NCBI GenBank assembly: GCA_903877885.1
Contig: CAIRFN010000013.1
Span: 2,754 to 66,753, forward strand
Reading direction: 5' to 3'
Length of the DNA: 64,000 nucleotides
Origin: an uncultured Candidatus Berkelbacteria bacterium
GTDB lineage: Bacteria > Patescibacteriota > UBA1384 > UBA12157
Shown here: one piece after another, positions 48,932 to 58,230 of the stretch
Numbering within the stretch: position 1 is the first letter of the stretch
Layout: every line of letters starts with the position of its first letter
Position numbers and translations under genes: made by a program
The notes under the pieces: model-generated
Database searches by the model: none
Seen by the model: the letters and a program-made list of their open reading frames with translations, nothing else
Told to the model about the DNA's origin: nothing

Positions 48932-49876
48932 TCAATTTGCGAAATCTTCTGTTACCATTAAACCATATTGACCGGCATTTTCTACACCGAGACCAATTCT
49001 GGTAAAATTCGGATTTAAAATATTCGCTTTATGTTTTGGACTATTCATCAGTCCAGTATGAATTGCGTCAGCAGTCGGCGCCAGAGCAATATTTTCCGCC
49101 GCTTCCTGAAAACTTACATTAGCACGAACGAGCCGATCAAACAAGGTTTGACCGTCATTACCGGTATGTGAAAAATAACCGTTAACCAGCATGTCGCGTG
49201 AGTGAGAGCGAGCCACGTTACGGATTAAATTATCAGCGACTAACTCTGGCGCGCCAACTTTTTTTCTTTCCAGATTAATTTTATTTAAAATTGTATTTTC
49301 AGCTTGCTCGTCAACCGTCATATTGGTGGTTTTAAACTTTAACAAAATTGTTTCTTCGGTTTCATTTTGAATCACGATTTTCCCAAGATCATTCCCAAAA
49401 ATCTTTTGTAAATCATTTTCCACATTCATCGAATATTTACTGGTTATACCAACCACAAATGATTGATTTAAAACTTTTTGTTGTGAGGCTGACAAAGGCA
49501 AAGCTAAAATTAAAATAATCGTAATTACAATAAAAGCTAGAGCTTTCAAAGTTGCCGGAATATAAGCCAAAATTAAATTAGCTTTTGACTCTTTGATGTG
49601 AATCGAGGTGTAGTAAGAAATAATTTTGCTGATACCAAAAAAGATAAGTTGCAAGATTAGCCAAACCAACAAAAAACTCATTGTATTGGCAGTCGAATCA
49701 TTTAAAGCAAATTTCTGGGCCAACAATCCACCTAAAGGTAGATAGAAAATCAGCGCGCCGGCAAAAGCCACCACCAGGCCGATTAGGTCGGCGCAAAGTC
49801 GCAAAAAACCGCGACGAGAATCTTCAATCACAAAAAAGAGAAAAATAAGAATAAAAACGACATCAATCCAATTCAT
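48932..49876 (-). CDS. CvpA-family membrane domain fused to a CAP/SCP domain
   Basis: MNWID...RRGFL N-terminus; HSRDM..GYFSH, ENIA, MNSPKH..NIL. Confidence 0.88.
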   Translation of the reverse strand: MNWIDVVFILIFLFFVIEDSRRGFLRLCADLIGLVVAFAGALIFYLPLGGLLAQKFALNDSTANTMSFLLVWLILQLIFFGISKIISYYTSIHIKESKANLILAYIPATLKALAFIVITIILILALPLSASQQKVLNQSFVVGITSKYSMNVENDLQKIFGNDLGKIVIQNETEETILLKFKTTNMTVDEQAENTILNKINLERKKVGAPELVADNLIRNVARSHSRDMLVNGYFSHTGNDGQTLFDRLVRANVSFQEAAENIALAPTADAIHTGLMNSPKHKANILNPNFTRIGLGVENAGQYGLMVTEDFAN

Positions 49877-49888
49877 GTCTTTATTATA

Positions 49889-50272
49889 TCACTTTTTGTT
49901 TTGGAAATCTGCGATTGCTTTTTGGAGTGCTTCCTCGGCCAAAACTGAACAATGACGTTTGACTGGCGGTAAACCGTTTAAAGCTTCAACCACTGCATTA
50001 TTGGTCACTTTTAGAGCTTCTTCAATAGTTTTACCAATCACTAAATCGGTTAAAATCGAGGAAGTGGCGATGGCGGCCGTGCAACCAAAAGTCTGAAATT
50101 TGGCATCAGTAATAATATTATTTTCAACTTTGATTTGCAGTTCCATTAAATCGCCACAAACCGGATTGCCGACCCGACCGACGCCGGACGGATTATCTAA
50201 CTCTCCCATATTGTGCGGGTTTTTAAAATGTTCCATCACTTTATCCGAATAAAGATTTGAGATATTGCTCAT
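49889..50272 (-). CDS. iscU: Fe-S cluster scaffold IscU/NifU
   Basis: YSDKVMEHF.NP, NPVCGD, FGC, KRHCS. Confidence 0.95.
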   Translation of the reverse strand: MSNISNLYSDKVMEHFKNPHNMGELDNPSGVGRVGNPVCGDLMELQIKVENNIITDAKFQTFGCTAAIATSSILTDLVIGKTIEEALKVTNNAVVEALNGLPPVKRHCSVLAEEALQKAIADFQNKK

Positions 50273-51495
50273 TTGTATTCCTTTGGACTTAAGGGACTTA
50301 TTTTTCTTAATTTGGCGATAATTTCTTTTAAATTTTCGATTGTATAATCGATTTCTTCTTTGGTTGAATTTTGACCCAAGGTAAAACGAATTGAACCGTG
50401 AGCCCGTTCGGCATCACTGTAAACCGCCATTATGACGTGCGATGGTTGAAGCGACAACGATGTGCAAGCCGATCCCGAGGAGGCAGCAATCCCGACTAAA
50501 TCTAAATTCATTAAAATTGATTCGCCTTCGACATATTTAAAATAAACATTGACATTATTTGGGCTACGAAATTCCTTACCACCATTTAATTCTGTTTCTG
50601 GAATTTCTTTTAGAATTCGGCCGATGAAATAGTCTCTGATATTCTTTATCTCATTTCTTATTTCTAATTTCTCGTTTCTTAATTCTTCGACGGCTTTTCC
50701 AATTGCCACAATTGACGCCACATTTTCTGTGCCAGCGCGACGGCCGAACTCTTGCTCGCCACCATGCATCATTGGCATAATATTCACGCCTTTTTTGACA
50801 AACAAAACGCCAACGCCTTTGGGCGCGCCGATTTTATGACCGGAAATAGTCAATAAATCAACATGTAAATAATCGACATCCATATTTTGATATTCAGCCG
50901 CCTGAACCGCGTCGGTGTGAAATAATATTTTGAGTTCGCGAGCGTCATTTTCTTTTTCGATCATTTTTCCAATGGCACGGATCGGATTAACTGAACCAAT
51001 TTCATTATTAACATACATAATAGAAACTAAAACAGTATTTTCTTTAATCGCCGCTTTAACCGCATCAACTTCGATTATGCCGTCTGTATTTGGTTTTAAG
51101 TAAGTTACTTCCACACCGCTTTTTTCCAATGTTTTACAGGAATTCAAAATCGCATGATGTTCTATTTGGGAAGTAATGACATGGAATTTGTCATCCTGAG
51201 GCTTAGCCGAAGGATCTAGATTCTTCACTTCGTTCAGAATGACGCTATTAACCATTCCTTTAATCGCCAAATTATCAGATTCGGTGCCGCCAGAAGTAAA
51301 AATAATTTCCGCCGGATCGGCATTTAAAAACTTAGCGATCTTAATTCTTGATTCATCAACCGCAATCCGAGCGGCACGGCCCCATTCGTGCATACTCGAA
51401 GGATTACCGTAATCCGTTGTCAGATATGGCATCATTTCAGTTAAAACTTCGGCTTTTATTGGCCCAGTCGCCGCATAATCAAGATAAACCTTCAT
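50269..51495 (-). CDS. iscS: cysteine desulfurase
   Basis: YLDYAAT, HTDAVQ, SGHK, SSGSAC. Confidence 0.96.
   Translation of the reverse strand: MKVYLDYAATGPIKAEVLTEMMPYLTTDYGNPSSMHEWGRAARIAVDESRIKIAKFLNADPAEIIFTSGGTESDNLAIKGMVNSVILNEVKNLDPSAKPQDDKFHVITSQIEHHAILNSCKTLEKSGVEVTYLKPNTDGIIEVDAVKAAIKENTVLVSIMYVNNEIGSVNPIRAIGKMIEKENDARELKILFHTDAVQAAEYQNMDVDYLHVDLLTISGHKIGAPKGVGVLFVKKGVNIMPMMHGGEQEFGRRAGTENVASIVAIGKAVEELRNEKLEIRNEIKNIRDYFIGRILKEIPETELNGGKEFRSPNNVNVYFKYVEGESILMNLDLVGIAASSGSACTSLSLQPSHVIMAVYSDAERAHGSIRFTLGQNSTKEEIDYTIENLKEIIAKLRKISPLSPKEYK
51189..51243. repeat. inverted pair of family B units in-frame in iscS (VILNEVKNLDPSAKPQDD)
   Basis: TGTCATCCTGAGGCTTAGCCGAAGGATCT-AGATTCTTCACTTCGTTCAGAATGAC. 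Confidence 0.88.
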
Positions 51496-51704
51496 TATTT
51501 ATCCTCGTTCTTAACTAGTTTTCGTAAGTCTTCGATACAACGTTTGCATTCGCCTTTTAAAGTTAGATATTTTTTGTACGACACAACCACCGCAATCGGT
51601 TCAGAATAGCGCATCACTTCATATGCAGTGTCATCTTGAACATCTTTCAAAATACTGGAAATTTGCGCCTGAAGTTCGTTAACATTAATTGTTTTTGTTT
51701 TCAT
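51495..51704 (-). CDS. Phd/YefM antitoxin-like protein with CxxC, no adjacent toxin
   Basis: KTINVNELQAQISSILKDV...V.RYSEPIAVVVS...Y pattern; CKRC; overlaps iscS start. Confidence 0.75.
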   Translation of the reverse strand: MKTKTINVNELQAQISSILKDVQDDTAYEVMRYSEPIAVVVSYKKYLTLKGECKRCIEDLRKLVKNEDK

Positions 51705-51716
51705 TTTTACCTCATA

Positions 51717-51768
51717 TATATAATTCTATATACAAATAAAATATATATGAATATATATAACTTGTCAA
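51717..51768 (-). promoter_or_regulatory. promoter with two TATATA-N4-TATATA palindromic operators
   Basis: TTGACA-17-TATATT; palindromes at 51717-51732 and 51742-51757. Confidence 0.65.
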
Positions 51769-51786
51769 CCCCTATTGATATATTAT

Positions 51787-51975
51787 TTAATTAGAGCTCA
51801 TCGCTTGTTTAATTGATTGAATCGAATCGAAAGTAAATGTCCTGGCTTGCCAATAGCCATAAAATAGTCCGGCTAAAATTAAGAAAAATATAATTAGAAA
51901 AATTACACAACACGTTTTTCGGCGCTTTTTGGCTTTCGGCGATTGTTGATAAATAATTTTTACTTCCTCTTCCAT
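51787..51975 (-). CDS. small single-TM protein
   Basis: Basic stretch plus TM; TGGTATAAT 6 nt before ATG. Confidence 0.65.
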   Translation of the reverse strand: MEEEVKIIYQQSPKAKKRRKTCCVIFLIIFFLILAGLFYGYWQARTFTFDSIQSIKQAMSSN

Positions 51976-51998
51976 TAATTTATTATACCAAATAAATA

Positions 51999-52039
51999 TT
52001 AACCCTCAAAGTACACCCCGGGGGTGTACTTTGGTTTAA
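51999..52039. repeat. solo family A hairpin (RAYT-3 type)
   Basis: CAAAGTACACCCCGGGGGTGTACTTTG. Confidence 0.9.
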
Positions 52040-52066
52040 AAAGATATTTTGTGCTAGAATAATTGT

Positions 52067-52978
52067 ATGAGAATTTCCTATTCGGCGTTTGATACCTACA
52101 CCAAATGCCCGCTCAAATACAAATTTCAGTACATCGACTATATTAAAGTACCGGAAAAACCGGAATTCTTTTTTGGTTCTTTGATTCATTTGGTTGTTCA
52201 AATGGCCTTGCGACGCGATCCAATTATTCCGCCGATTAGTGATTTAATTAAGTTTTATGAAAGTAAATGGCGCGAAGATATTTTCCCCGACAAACTCACT
52301 GCCGATCAATACTTAGATTCGGGCCGTCAGATGATTACCAAATTTCATGAGGATTATAAACCCGGGCTTCGTAAAGTCATAGCTAGCGAAAAACGCTTTC
52401 AAATTCCGCTCGAAAATCATATTTTAAGCGGCGTGATCGATCGAGTTGATAAATTACCTTTTGGCGCCTATGAAATTGTTGATTATAAAACCAGCAAAAG
52501 TTTACCGTCGCAAGAAGATGTTGATAATGATAAGCAATTGGCCACATACGCCATTGCCGTGCAAACTCTTTGGCCGGAAGCGCGTGACGTACGACTGACT
52601 TTACACTACCTAAAACATGGCCAACTGTTAACAACTTCTCGCACGTCAGAACAAATCGAACAAATGAAATTTGCACTGGTTGAAACCGCCAACAAAATTC
52701 AAACTGCCAAGAATTTTAGGCCTCGTGAAAATCAATTTTGCGACTGGTGCGATTATAAACATCTGTGCCCCAAAAAAATGAATAATGTATCTGAAAGTAT
52801 GAATATTGAAACTAAGGAAATTGATATTTTAGTAAAAGATTATATTTCATGCTATAAAAAAATTGCAGATATCACGCCGCAACTTCAAACACATTTTGAT
52901 CAAGAAAAAATTGATAAATTCGAAACCAAACTCGGCACAATTACTCGCGACCACCAGCGAAATTTTTGGGTTGAGTGA
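52067..52978 (+). CDS. PD-(D/E)XK RecB/AddB/Cas4-like nuclease with four Cys
   Basis: SYS....Y..CP, GVIDRVD, VDYKT, QL..YA, CDWCDYKHLC. Confidence 0.9.
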   Translation: MRISYSAFDTYTKCPLKYKFQYIDYIKVPEKPEFFFGSLIHLVVQMALRRDPIIPPISDLIKFYESKWREDIFPDKLTADQYLDSGRQMITKFHEDYKPGLRKVIASEKRFQIPLENHILSGVIDRVDKLPFGAYEIVDYKTSKSLPSQEDVDNDKQLATYAIAVQTLWPEARDVRLTLHYLKHGQLLTTSRTSEQIEQMKFALVETANKIQTAKNFRPRENQFCDWCDYKHLCPKKMNNVSESMNIETKEIDILVKDYISCYKKIADITPQLQTHFDQEKIDKFETKLGTITRDHQRNFWVE

Positions 52979-54140
52979 TTAAAACAAAAAATAAAACTAG
53001 AAGTAACGCGTTGCGGAAAGTTAAGGCATAAATTCCACCAGCGGAAAAAGATAATAAACCGCCGGAAATATAATAATAAGGATACATCAGACTGGTTAGA
53101 AAAGTTGCGAGAATAAAAATTATTGTTGAGATAATAATTACATTTTTATTTTTAATTTCAATAAAAATTAATGGAAAAAGCATAATCAGCCAGGCCAAAT
53201 ATTGCGGTGAAAAAACTCGGTTGGTTAAAATAAAAAGTAAAATGGCTAAAAATGAAATCGTCAAAAGTTGGCGATTTTTAAAGTATAAATAAACTAAAAA
53301 TAAATAGCCGATGATCAAGAAAATAAAAGAAAGTGGCACAAAATAATGCGGAAATGGCACCACGCCGATGGCGCCAGCTTCGGAAATTAATTCAATTGGC
53401 TTAGCAAAAAATTGATGATTTAATAACAATAGATTTGACCACAAACTTTCGATTTGGACGCCACGATTGGTTTGATATTTAATAAAAACATCCAGACTTT
53501 TTAAACAATTAAGCCACGGCAAAATTGCCAGAAAAATGCTTAAGAAAAATATTATAATATTGCGAATTAAAATTTTAATATTTTTAATATCATCAATTAG
53601 AAAAAACGGTACTAATAAAATTGGATAAAGCTTAGTTGCTATTGCTAGCCCCAAAACAAACCAAGCCCAGCCCGACTTATTATTTTTCTTTAGCCATAGA
53701 GCAATCAAAACTAAAATTCCCGGAATTAAATCAAACCGAAATAAAGCGATCGGACCTAAAATTGGTAAAAGAAAAATATAGAGCAAAATAACAAAATATT
53801 TTTTTGTTATTGATAATTTTTCGGTTAAATCAATCGTAATCCAAAGGCCAAATAATCCTAAAAGACAGAGTATAATCCAAAATAGAATTTGGTAAATTGC
53901 AAAATTAAAAGTGAAGAATCTGGGAATGATCATAAACAGAATGGCAAGCGGCGGATATTCAAACAAAAAATCGCGGTACGGTAAAAGATGACCAAAAACA
54001 AGATTAGAATAATAAAAAAATAAACTGGTGCCTGGATCATTGGAAGTTAAAAACCACTGACTTAAAAATATTAGTACACAAATAAAAACGAGAATATAGA
54101 TTGTTGAAAAAACAATTTTAGTTTTAACTTTAGTTTTCAT
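52941..54140 (-). CDS. GT-C (GT87/DUF2029-like) multi-TM glycosyltransferase
   Basis: PYRDFLFEYPP, RFD, KLYP, FSPQYLAW. Confidence 0.85.
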   Translation of the reverse strand: MKTKVKTKIVFSTIYILVFICVLIFLSQWFLTSNDPGTSLFFYYSNLVFGHLLPYRDFLFEYPPLAILFMIIPRFFTFNFAIYQILFWIILCLLGLFGLWITIDLTEKLSITKKYFVILLYIFLLPILGPIALFRFDLIPGILVLIALWLKKNNKSGWAWFVLGLAIATKLYPILLVPFFLIDDIKNIKILIRNIIIFFLSIFLAILPWLNCLKSLDVFIKYQTNRGVQIESLWSNLLLLNHQFFAKPIELISEAGAIGVVPFPHYFVPLSFIFLIIGYLFLVYLYFKNRQLLTISFLAILLFILTNRVFSPQYLAWLIMLFPLIFIEIKNKNVIIISTIIFILATFLTSLMYPYYYISGGLLSFSAGGIYALTFRNALLLVLFFVLITQPKNFAGGRE

Positions 54141-54903
54141 TCGAACTCAATTTAAATAATTTAATCGCATTTTTAGTTGTTTGCGCTTCGACTTCCGAAA
54201 GCGGAATTTTTTTAATTTGGGCGATTTTTTTGGCTATTTCCACCACATAGGCCGGTTCGTTTTGCACACCGCGATAGTTTTCCGGCGCCAAATACGGACT
54301 ATCAGTTTCAATCATAATTCGCTCAAGCGGCGTATTTTCCACCACTTTGGCCAATTCCGGACTTTTACTAAAAGTAATAATCCCGGTAAAAGATAAATAT
54401 AAACCCATATCTAAAAACATTTGCGCATGCAACCAGTCGCCAACATAGCAATGAACCACGCCAGTCGGCAATTGGCCAAAACTCATTAATTCGGTCATTA
54501 AATCATCGTAGGCCTCGCGACAATGTAAAATAATCGGTTTGGAAACAATTTGCGCAATTTTTAAGTGTTTAACTAATATTTCTTTTTGCAAATCAGCGGT
54601 ATTTTTATCATGAAAAAGATCTATTCCGCATTCGCCAATCGCCACCACTTTGGCATTTTTAGCTAATTCTAAAAATTTAGTTTCATCAAATTTTTCTTTT
54701 TCAATATGAATCGGATGAAAACCAACCGCGGCAAAACAATTCGGATATTTATTCGCAATTTCAATCGCCTTTTTGGAGTTTTCCAAATTCGAGCCAGGAA
54801 TAATGATTTTTTCTACACCAGCAGTTTCAGCTCGGCTAATGGCGCCGGCAATATCATCGTTAAAAGCATTAAAATTTAGATGCGAATGTGTATCAATAAA
54901 AAT
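54130..54903 (-). CDS. tatD: TatD-family DNase with probable ATT start at 54903
   Basis: In-frame FIDTHSH upstream of track ORF; GFHP, IGECG, LHCR, VHC, ETDSP. Confidence 0.9.
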   Translation of the reverse strand: MFIDTHSHLNFNAFNDDIAGAISRAETAGVEKIIIPGSNLENSKKAIEIANKYPNCFAAVGFHPIHIEKEKFDETKFLELAKNAKVVAIGECGIDLFHDKNTADLQKEILVKHLKIAQIVSKPIILHCREAYDDLMTELMSFGQLPTGVVHCYVGDWLHAQMFLDMGLYLSFTGIITFSKSPELAKVVENTPLERIMIETDSPYLAPENYRGVQNEPAYVVEIAKKIAQIKKIPLSEVEAQTTKNAIKLFKLSSNEN

Positions 54904-54912
54904 AGTAGTCTC

Positions 54913-55749
54913 CTATCTGATGAATGTGGCGTAAACAACGCAAAGAAAAATAATAATAGTAGCGGCAGTCAAGCGAAATTTAATTCGTTCGTGCAACCAA
55001 ATTGTGGAAATAATATAAACTAAAATTGGCGCCAACATTAAAACTAAAGAAGTATAAACAATACCTAAAGTTTCAAAACCATAATATTTACTAACCATTT
55101 GAACTGTGCCAAAAACGCAAGTTAATAAAACCAGCCAAGCATTAGTAGTGGAAACTTTGGTTAATTGTGGGCGGTAATAAAAATAGAAAAATACAAACAT
55201 AATAATCGTTCGGAAAAAATAAAATGCTACTGGTGAGAAAACAGTTAATAATGGTTTGGTTAAAATCAATTCCACGCTCATTAAAACGACGGCAATCAAA
55301 AGATAAATTGAACCTTGTCCAAATTCAAAATGTTTTTTCTCGGCTCGCGAGTAAATAAGCGCCACGGCGGCAACTACAGCAGCGATTAAAACGTGGATAT
55401 TTCGTTCACTACCAAAAACCAAGGCAGCCAAAGCCACAGTCAAAAGCGGTTGAAACATAATAATTGATTCATATTCATGAACTTTTTCCGCTTGAACACC
55501 TTTGTAATAAAAAATATTCCAGACAATCGCTGTCACAATCATGGCAACGAATAATAAAATTTCGTTTAAATTAAATAAATCTAATTTAACCGTACCTAAA
55601 AATGGAAATAAAATCGCGCTCAATAAAAACAAAAACATAAAAACCAATGGAATGAAAACATGAATTTCCATTTGGCGGCGTGTTAAAACAATTTTGTCGA
55701 TGATGATGCCACCAGTTTGACTAATCGCGGCTAAGAATGCTTGAATCAA
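54913..55749 (-). CDS. DMT/EamA-family transporter
   Basis: About 10 TM in two repeats (QPLLTVALA..FGSE; APILVY...LHE). Confidence 0.85.
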   Translation of the reverse strand: MIQAFLAAISQTGGIIIDKIVLTRRQMEIHVFIPLVFMFLFLLSAILFPFLGTVKLDLFNLNEILLFVAMIVTAIVWNIFYYKGVQAEKVHEYESIIMFQPLLTVALAALVFGSERNIHVLIAAVVAAVALIYSRAEKKHFEFGQGSIYLLIAVVLMSVELILTKPLLTVFSPVAFYFFRTIIMFVFFYFYYRPQLTKVSTTNAWLVLLTCVFGTVQMVSKYYGFETLGIVYTSLVLMLAPILVYIISTIWLHERIKFRLTAATIIIFLCVVYATFIR

Positions 55750-55751
55750 AT

Positions 55752-56675
55752 TTATCCTCCAGAAGCTAGGGTTTTAATTTCTTCATCAGTTAAAACTCGA
55801 TTATAGACTCGAACGTCGTCAACTGTGCCAGTAAAACTTCCACTATCTTTAACAATCGAAAAAACACCAGCTAAATTAGCTGTAAAATTAGCGCTTGTTT
55901 TACTAATAAAATTTCCATCAAGATACAAACTAATGTTATTACCATTTTTAATCCCGACTACGCAGTGCCAGTTTCCGTCAGTATATGAAGTTGAAGTTTC
56001 CACGGTTGCACTAGCCGTGCCGAATTTATCGCGGACAAAATAAGAAACTTTACCATTATCTAACGAAATTTGATCAGCTGTACTATCGGAATTTAATCCA
56101 TTTAAACCAAATAAAATCAGAGAACTGTTACTTTGACTAGTTTTAAACCGACCGGAAATAGTTAGCGGTTCGGCCGCTACATTTTCAGAACCAATAATAT
56201 TAATTAGTTTGTTATTATCTATTTTCCACCAAGAAATCAGGCCAGCATATAAAGTCGTGGTAAAACTAGTACCGTCCGACTTTACTACAAAAGATTGAGT
56301 ATTATTTGTTGACGGCAACGTCGTATACGCCTGATAAGTGCCATCAGAATTAGTCATAATAGTCAAATCACTACCTTGAGCTTTGATGTCCGCGGCTACA
56401 AGGTTCAATTTAACCAAAACATCGGTTGAGTTTGAAAAATTATCGCAGTGGATTGATATGATTGGCGAACAATTTAAATTACTAGCAGGATTAGCATCTA
56501 AATAAGTTTTGACTAAATTTTTTATCTGACTTAGATCATTTTTAATTCGGGCGTCTTTGGCTTTAGTTTTACTAGAATTTATAAACACTAAAACCATCAC
56601 CGCCAAAATGCCGATGATAGCTATAGCAACCAAGAGTTCAATCAGTGTGAAACCGTGATTAGATTTTTTAAACAT
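55752..56675 (-). CDS. type IV pilin-like protein with C-terminal LamG/ConA domain
   Basis: GFTLIELL; DGNWH.V...LYLDG...F.G.VDDVRVYNR.L. Confidence 0.88.
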   Translation of the reverse strand: MFKKSNHGFTLIELLVAIAIIGILAVMVLVFINSSKTKAKDARIKNDLSQIKNLVKTYLDANPASNLNCSPIISIHCDNFSNSTDVLVKLNLVAADIKAQGSDLTIMTNSDGTYQAYTTLPSTNNTQSFVVKSDGTSFTTTLYAGLISWWKIDNNKLINIIGSENVAAEPLTISGRFKTSQSNSSLILFGLNGLNSDSTADQISLDNGKVSYFVRDKFGTASATVETSTSYTDGNWHCVVGIKNGNNISLYLDGNFISKTSANFTANLAGVFSIVKDSGSFTGTVDDVRVYNRVLTDEEIKTLASGG

Positions 56676-56693
56676 TTTCCCCTCACTTAATTA

Positions 56694-58088
56694 TTACTTC
56701 TTGCGTGGAAAGAGTGGTTCTTGTTTGCCGGTTCGAAGTTGCTCAATCATTTTGTGCGATGTTTCCGGCATGAACGGTTCCAAAAGTCCGGCAATATCAG
56801 ATAAAGTATCTAATAAATTTTGTAATAATTTTTCGTTTTTTTCCGGGTCAACTTTGGCTAATTCCCACGGTTTTTCCGCATCGATTCTAACATTGGCTTC
56901 GGAAATCATCTTCCAGACAAAATTCAAAGCTTCGGAAAATTTGAGTTCTTCCATCGCTTGATCGAACTCCGGATACTTTTTGGTCATTGGTTCATATTCC
57001 CAATGAACTTTGGCATTTTTAGCCATCACAATAACGCGTTGGAGTAAATTTCCCAAATCATTGGCTAAATCAGCACGATAGCGTTGGTCAAATCGGTCAA
57101 GCGAAAAATCGCCATCAGCGCCAAACGGCACTTCGGCCATCACAAAATAGCGAAGCGCATCAACGCCGTAAACTTTGGAAATTTCTACTGGGTCAACCAC
57201 ATTACCTAAAGATTTACTCATTTTTTGACCATTGATTGTAAAATAGCCATGAATAAATAATTTTTCCGGCAGTTCATAACCAGTCGCTAAAAGCATAGCT
57301 GGCCAAATAATGGCATGAAAACGGAAAATATCTTTAGCAATGATTTGCAATTGTGGCGGCCAGAAACCTTTGCTCCCAGAAATATAGTTTAATAAAGCAT
57401 CAACCCAAACATAAATCGTCTGATTTTTATCCCAAGGAATTGGAATGCCCCACTCGACTTTACTCCGAGAAATCGCCAAATCGCGGAGTGGCTCTTTGGC
57501 AATGAATTTAAAAATTTCATTGCGGCGCGCTTCCGGCTCAATTAAAAACTTTTTGCTTTGAATCGCTTCGATAATCTTGTCTTGATATTTGCTAAGTTTG
57601 AAAAAATAAATATTTTCTTCAACTTTTTCGCAGGGTTTTTTGTGCAAAGAACAAATATTTCCAGGCTCAAGTTCATCTTCTTTTTTATATTCTTCGCAAC
57701 CAACACAATACAAACCTTCATATTTATCTTGATAAATATCGCCATTGTCATGAAGTTTTTGCACAAAATCTTGAACAAATTTTTCATGCTCCGGATCAGT
57801 CGTACGAATAAAATTGCTGTATTTTAAGTTGAGCGCTTGCCAGACTTCTTTGTATTTATCAGTGACTTTATCAACAAATTCTTTCGGCGATTGGCCGGCA
57901 GCTAGTGCCGAACGAGCGATTTTCATGCCGTGTTCGTCAGCGCCAGTCAAAAAATATGTTTGGGCGCCGCGGCCTTGCCAATAACGCGCCAAAATATCGG
58001 CCGCAATAGTCGAATAAGCATGCCCGATATGCGGGTTGTCGTTTACATAATAAATTGGGGTAGTGACAAAAAATCGTCCGTAATCCAT
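56694..58088 (-). CDS. metG: methionine--tRNA ligase (short form)
   Basis: TTPIYYVN..PHIGH, YVWVDAL, KMSKS. Confidence 0.98.
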   Translation of the reverse strand: MDYGRFFVTTPIYYVNDNPHIGHAYSTIAADILARYWQGRGAQTYFLTGADEHGMKIARSALAAGQSPKEFVDKVTDKYKEVWQALNLKYSNFIRTTDPEHEKFVQDFVQKLHDNGDIYQDKYEGLYCVGCEEYKKEDELEPGNICSLHKKPCEKVEENIYFFKLSKYQDKIIEAIQSKKFLIEPEARRNEIFKFIAKEPLRDLAISRSKVEWGIPIPWDKNQTIYVWVDALLNYISGSKGFWPPQLQIIAKDIFRFHAIIWPAMLLATGYELPEKLFIHGYFTINGQKMSKSLGNVVDPVEISKVYGVDALRYFVMAEVPFGADGDFSLDRFDQRYRADLANDLGNLLQRVIVMAKNAKVHWEYEPMTKKYPEFDQAMEELKFSEALNFVWKMISEANVRIDAEKPWELAKVDPEKNEKLLQNLLDTLSDIAGLLEPFMPETSHKMIEQLRTGKQEPLFPRKK

Positions 58089-58104
58089 ATGGCTCCTTAA
58101 TTTA

Positions 58105-58162
58105 ATAATTCAGAATTTTTTAAATTATTTTATTTAATTCTGCATTCTGCATTAATTAATTC
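58105..58162. repeat. 7-nt tandem arrays upstream of metG
   Basis: AATTCTGCATTCTGCATTAATTAATT, reverse complement of 43918-43943. Confidence 0.78.
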
Positions 58163-58190
58163 TATTATACCTTAAAATTTTCTAAAATAC

Positions 58191-58221
58191 AAAAACAGAC
58201 TTGGGCTACAAGTCTGTTTTT
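58191..58221. terminator. bidirectional intrinsic terminator
   Basis: AAAAACAGACTTG...CAAGTCTGTTTTT. Confidence 0.8.
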
Positions 58222-58230
58222 GTCCCTCTT

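Noticed and set aside
52067..52978. Cas4-like nuclease as evidence of CRISPR-Cas
   Set aside because: No cas1/cas2 and no repeat-spacer array in the window; stand-alone PD-(D/E)XK nucleases are common.
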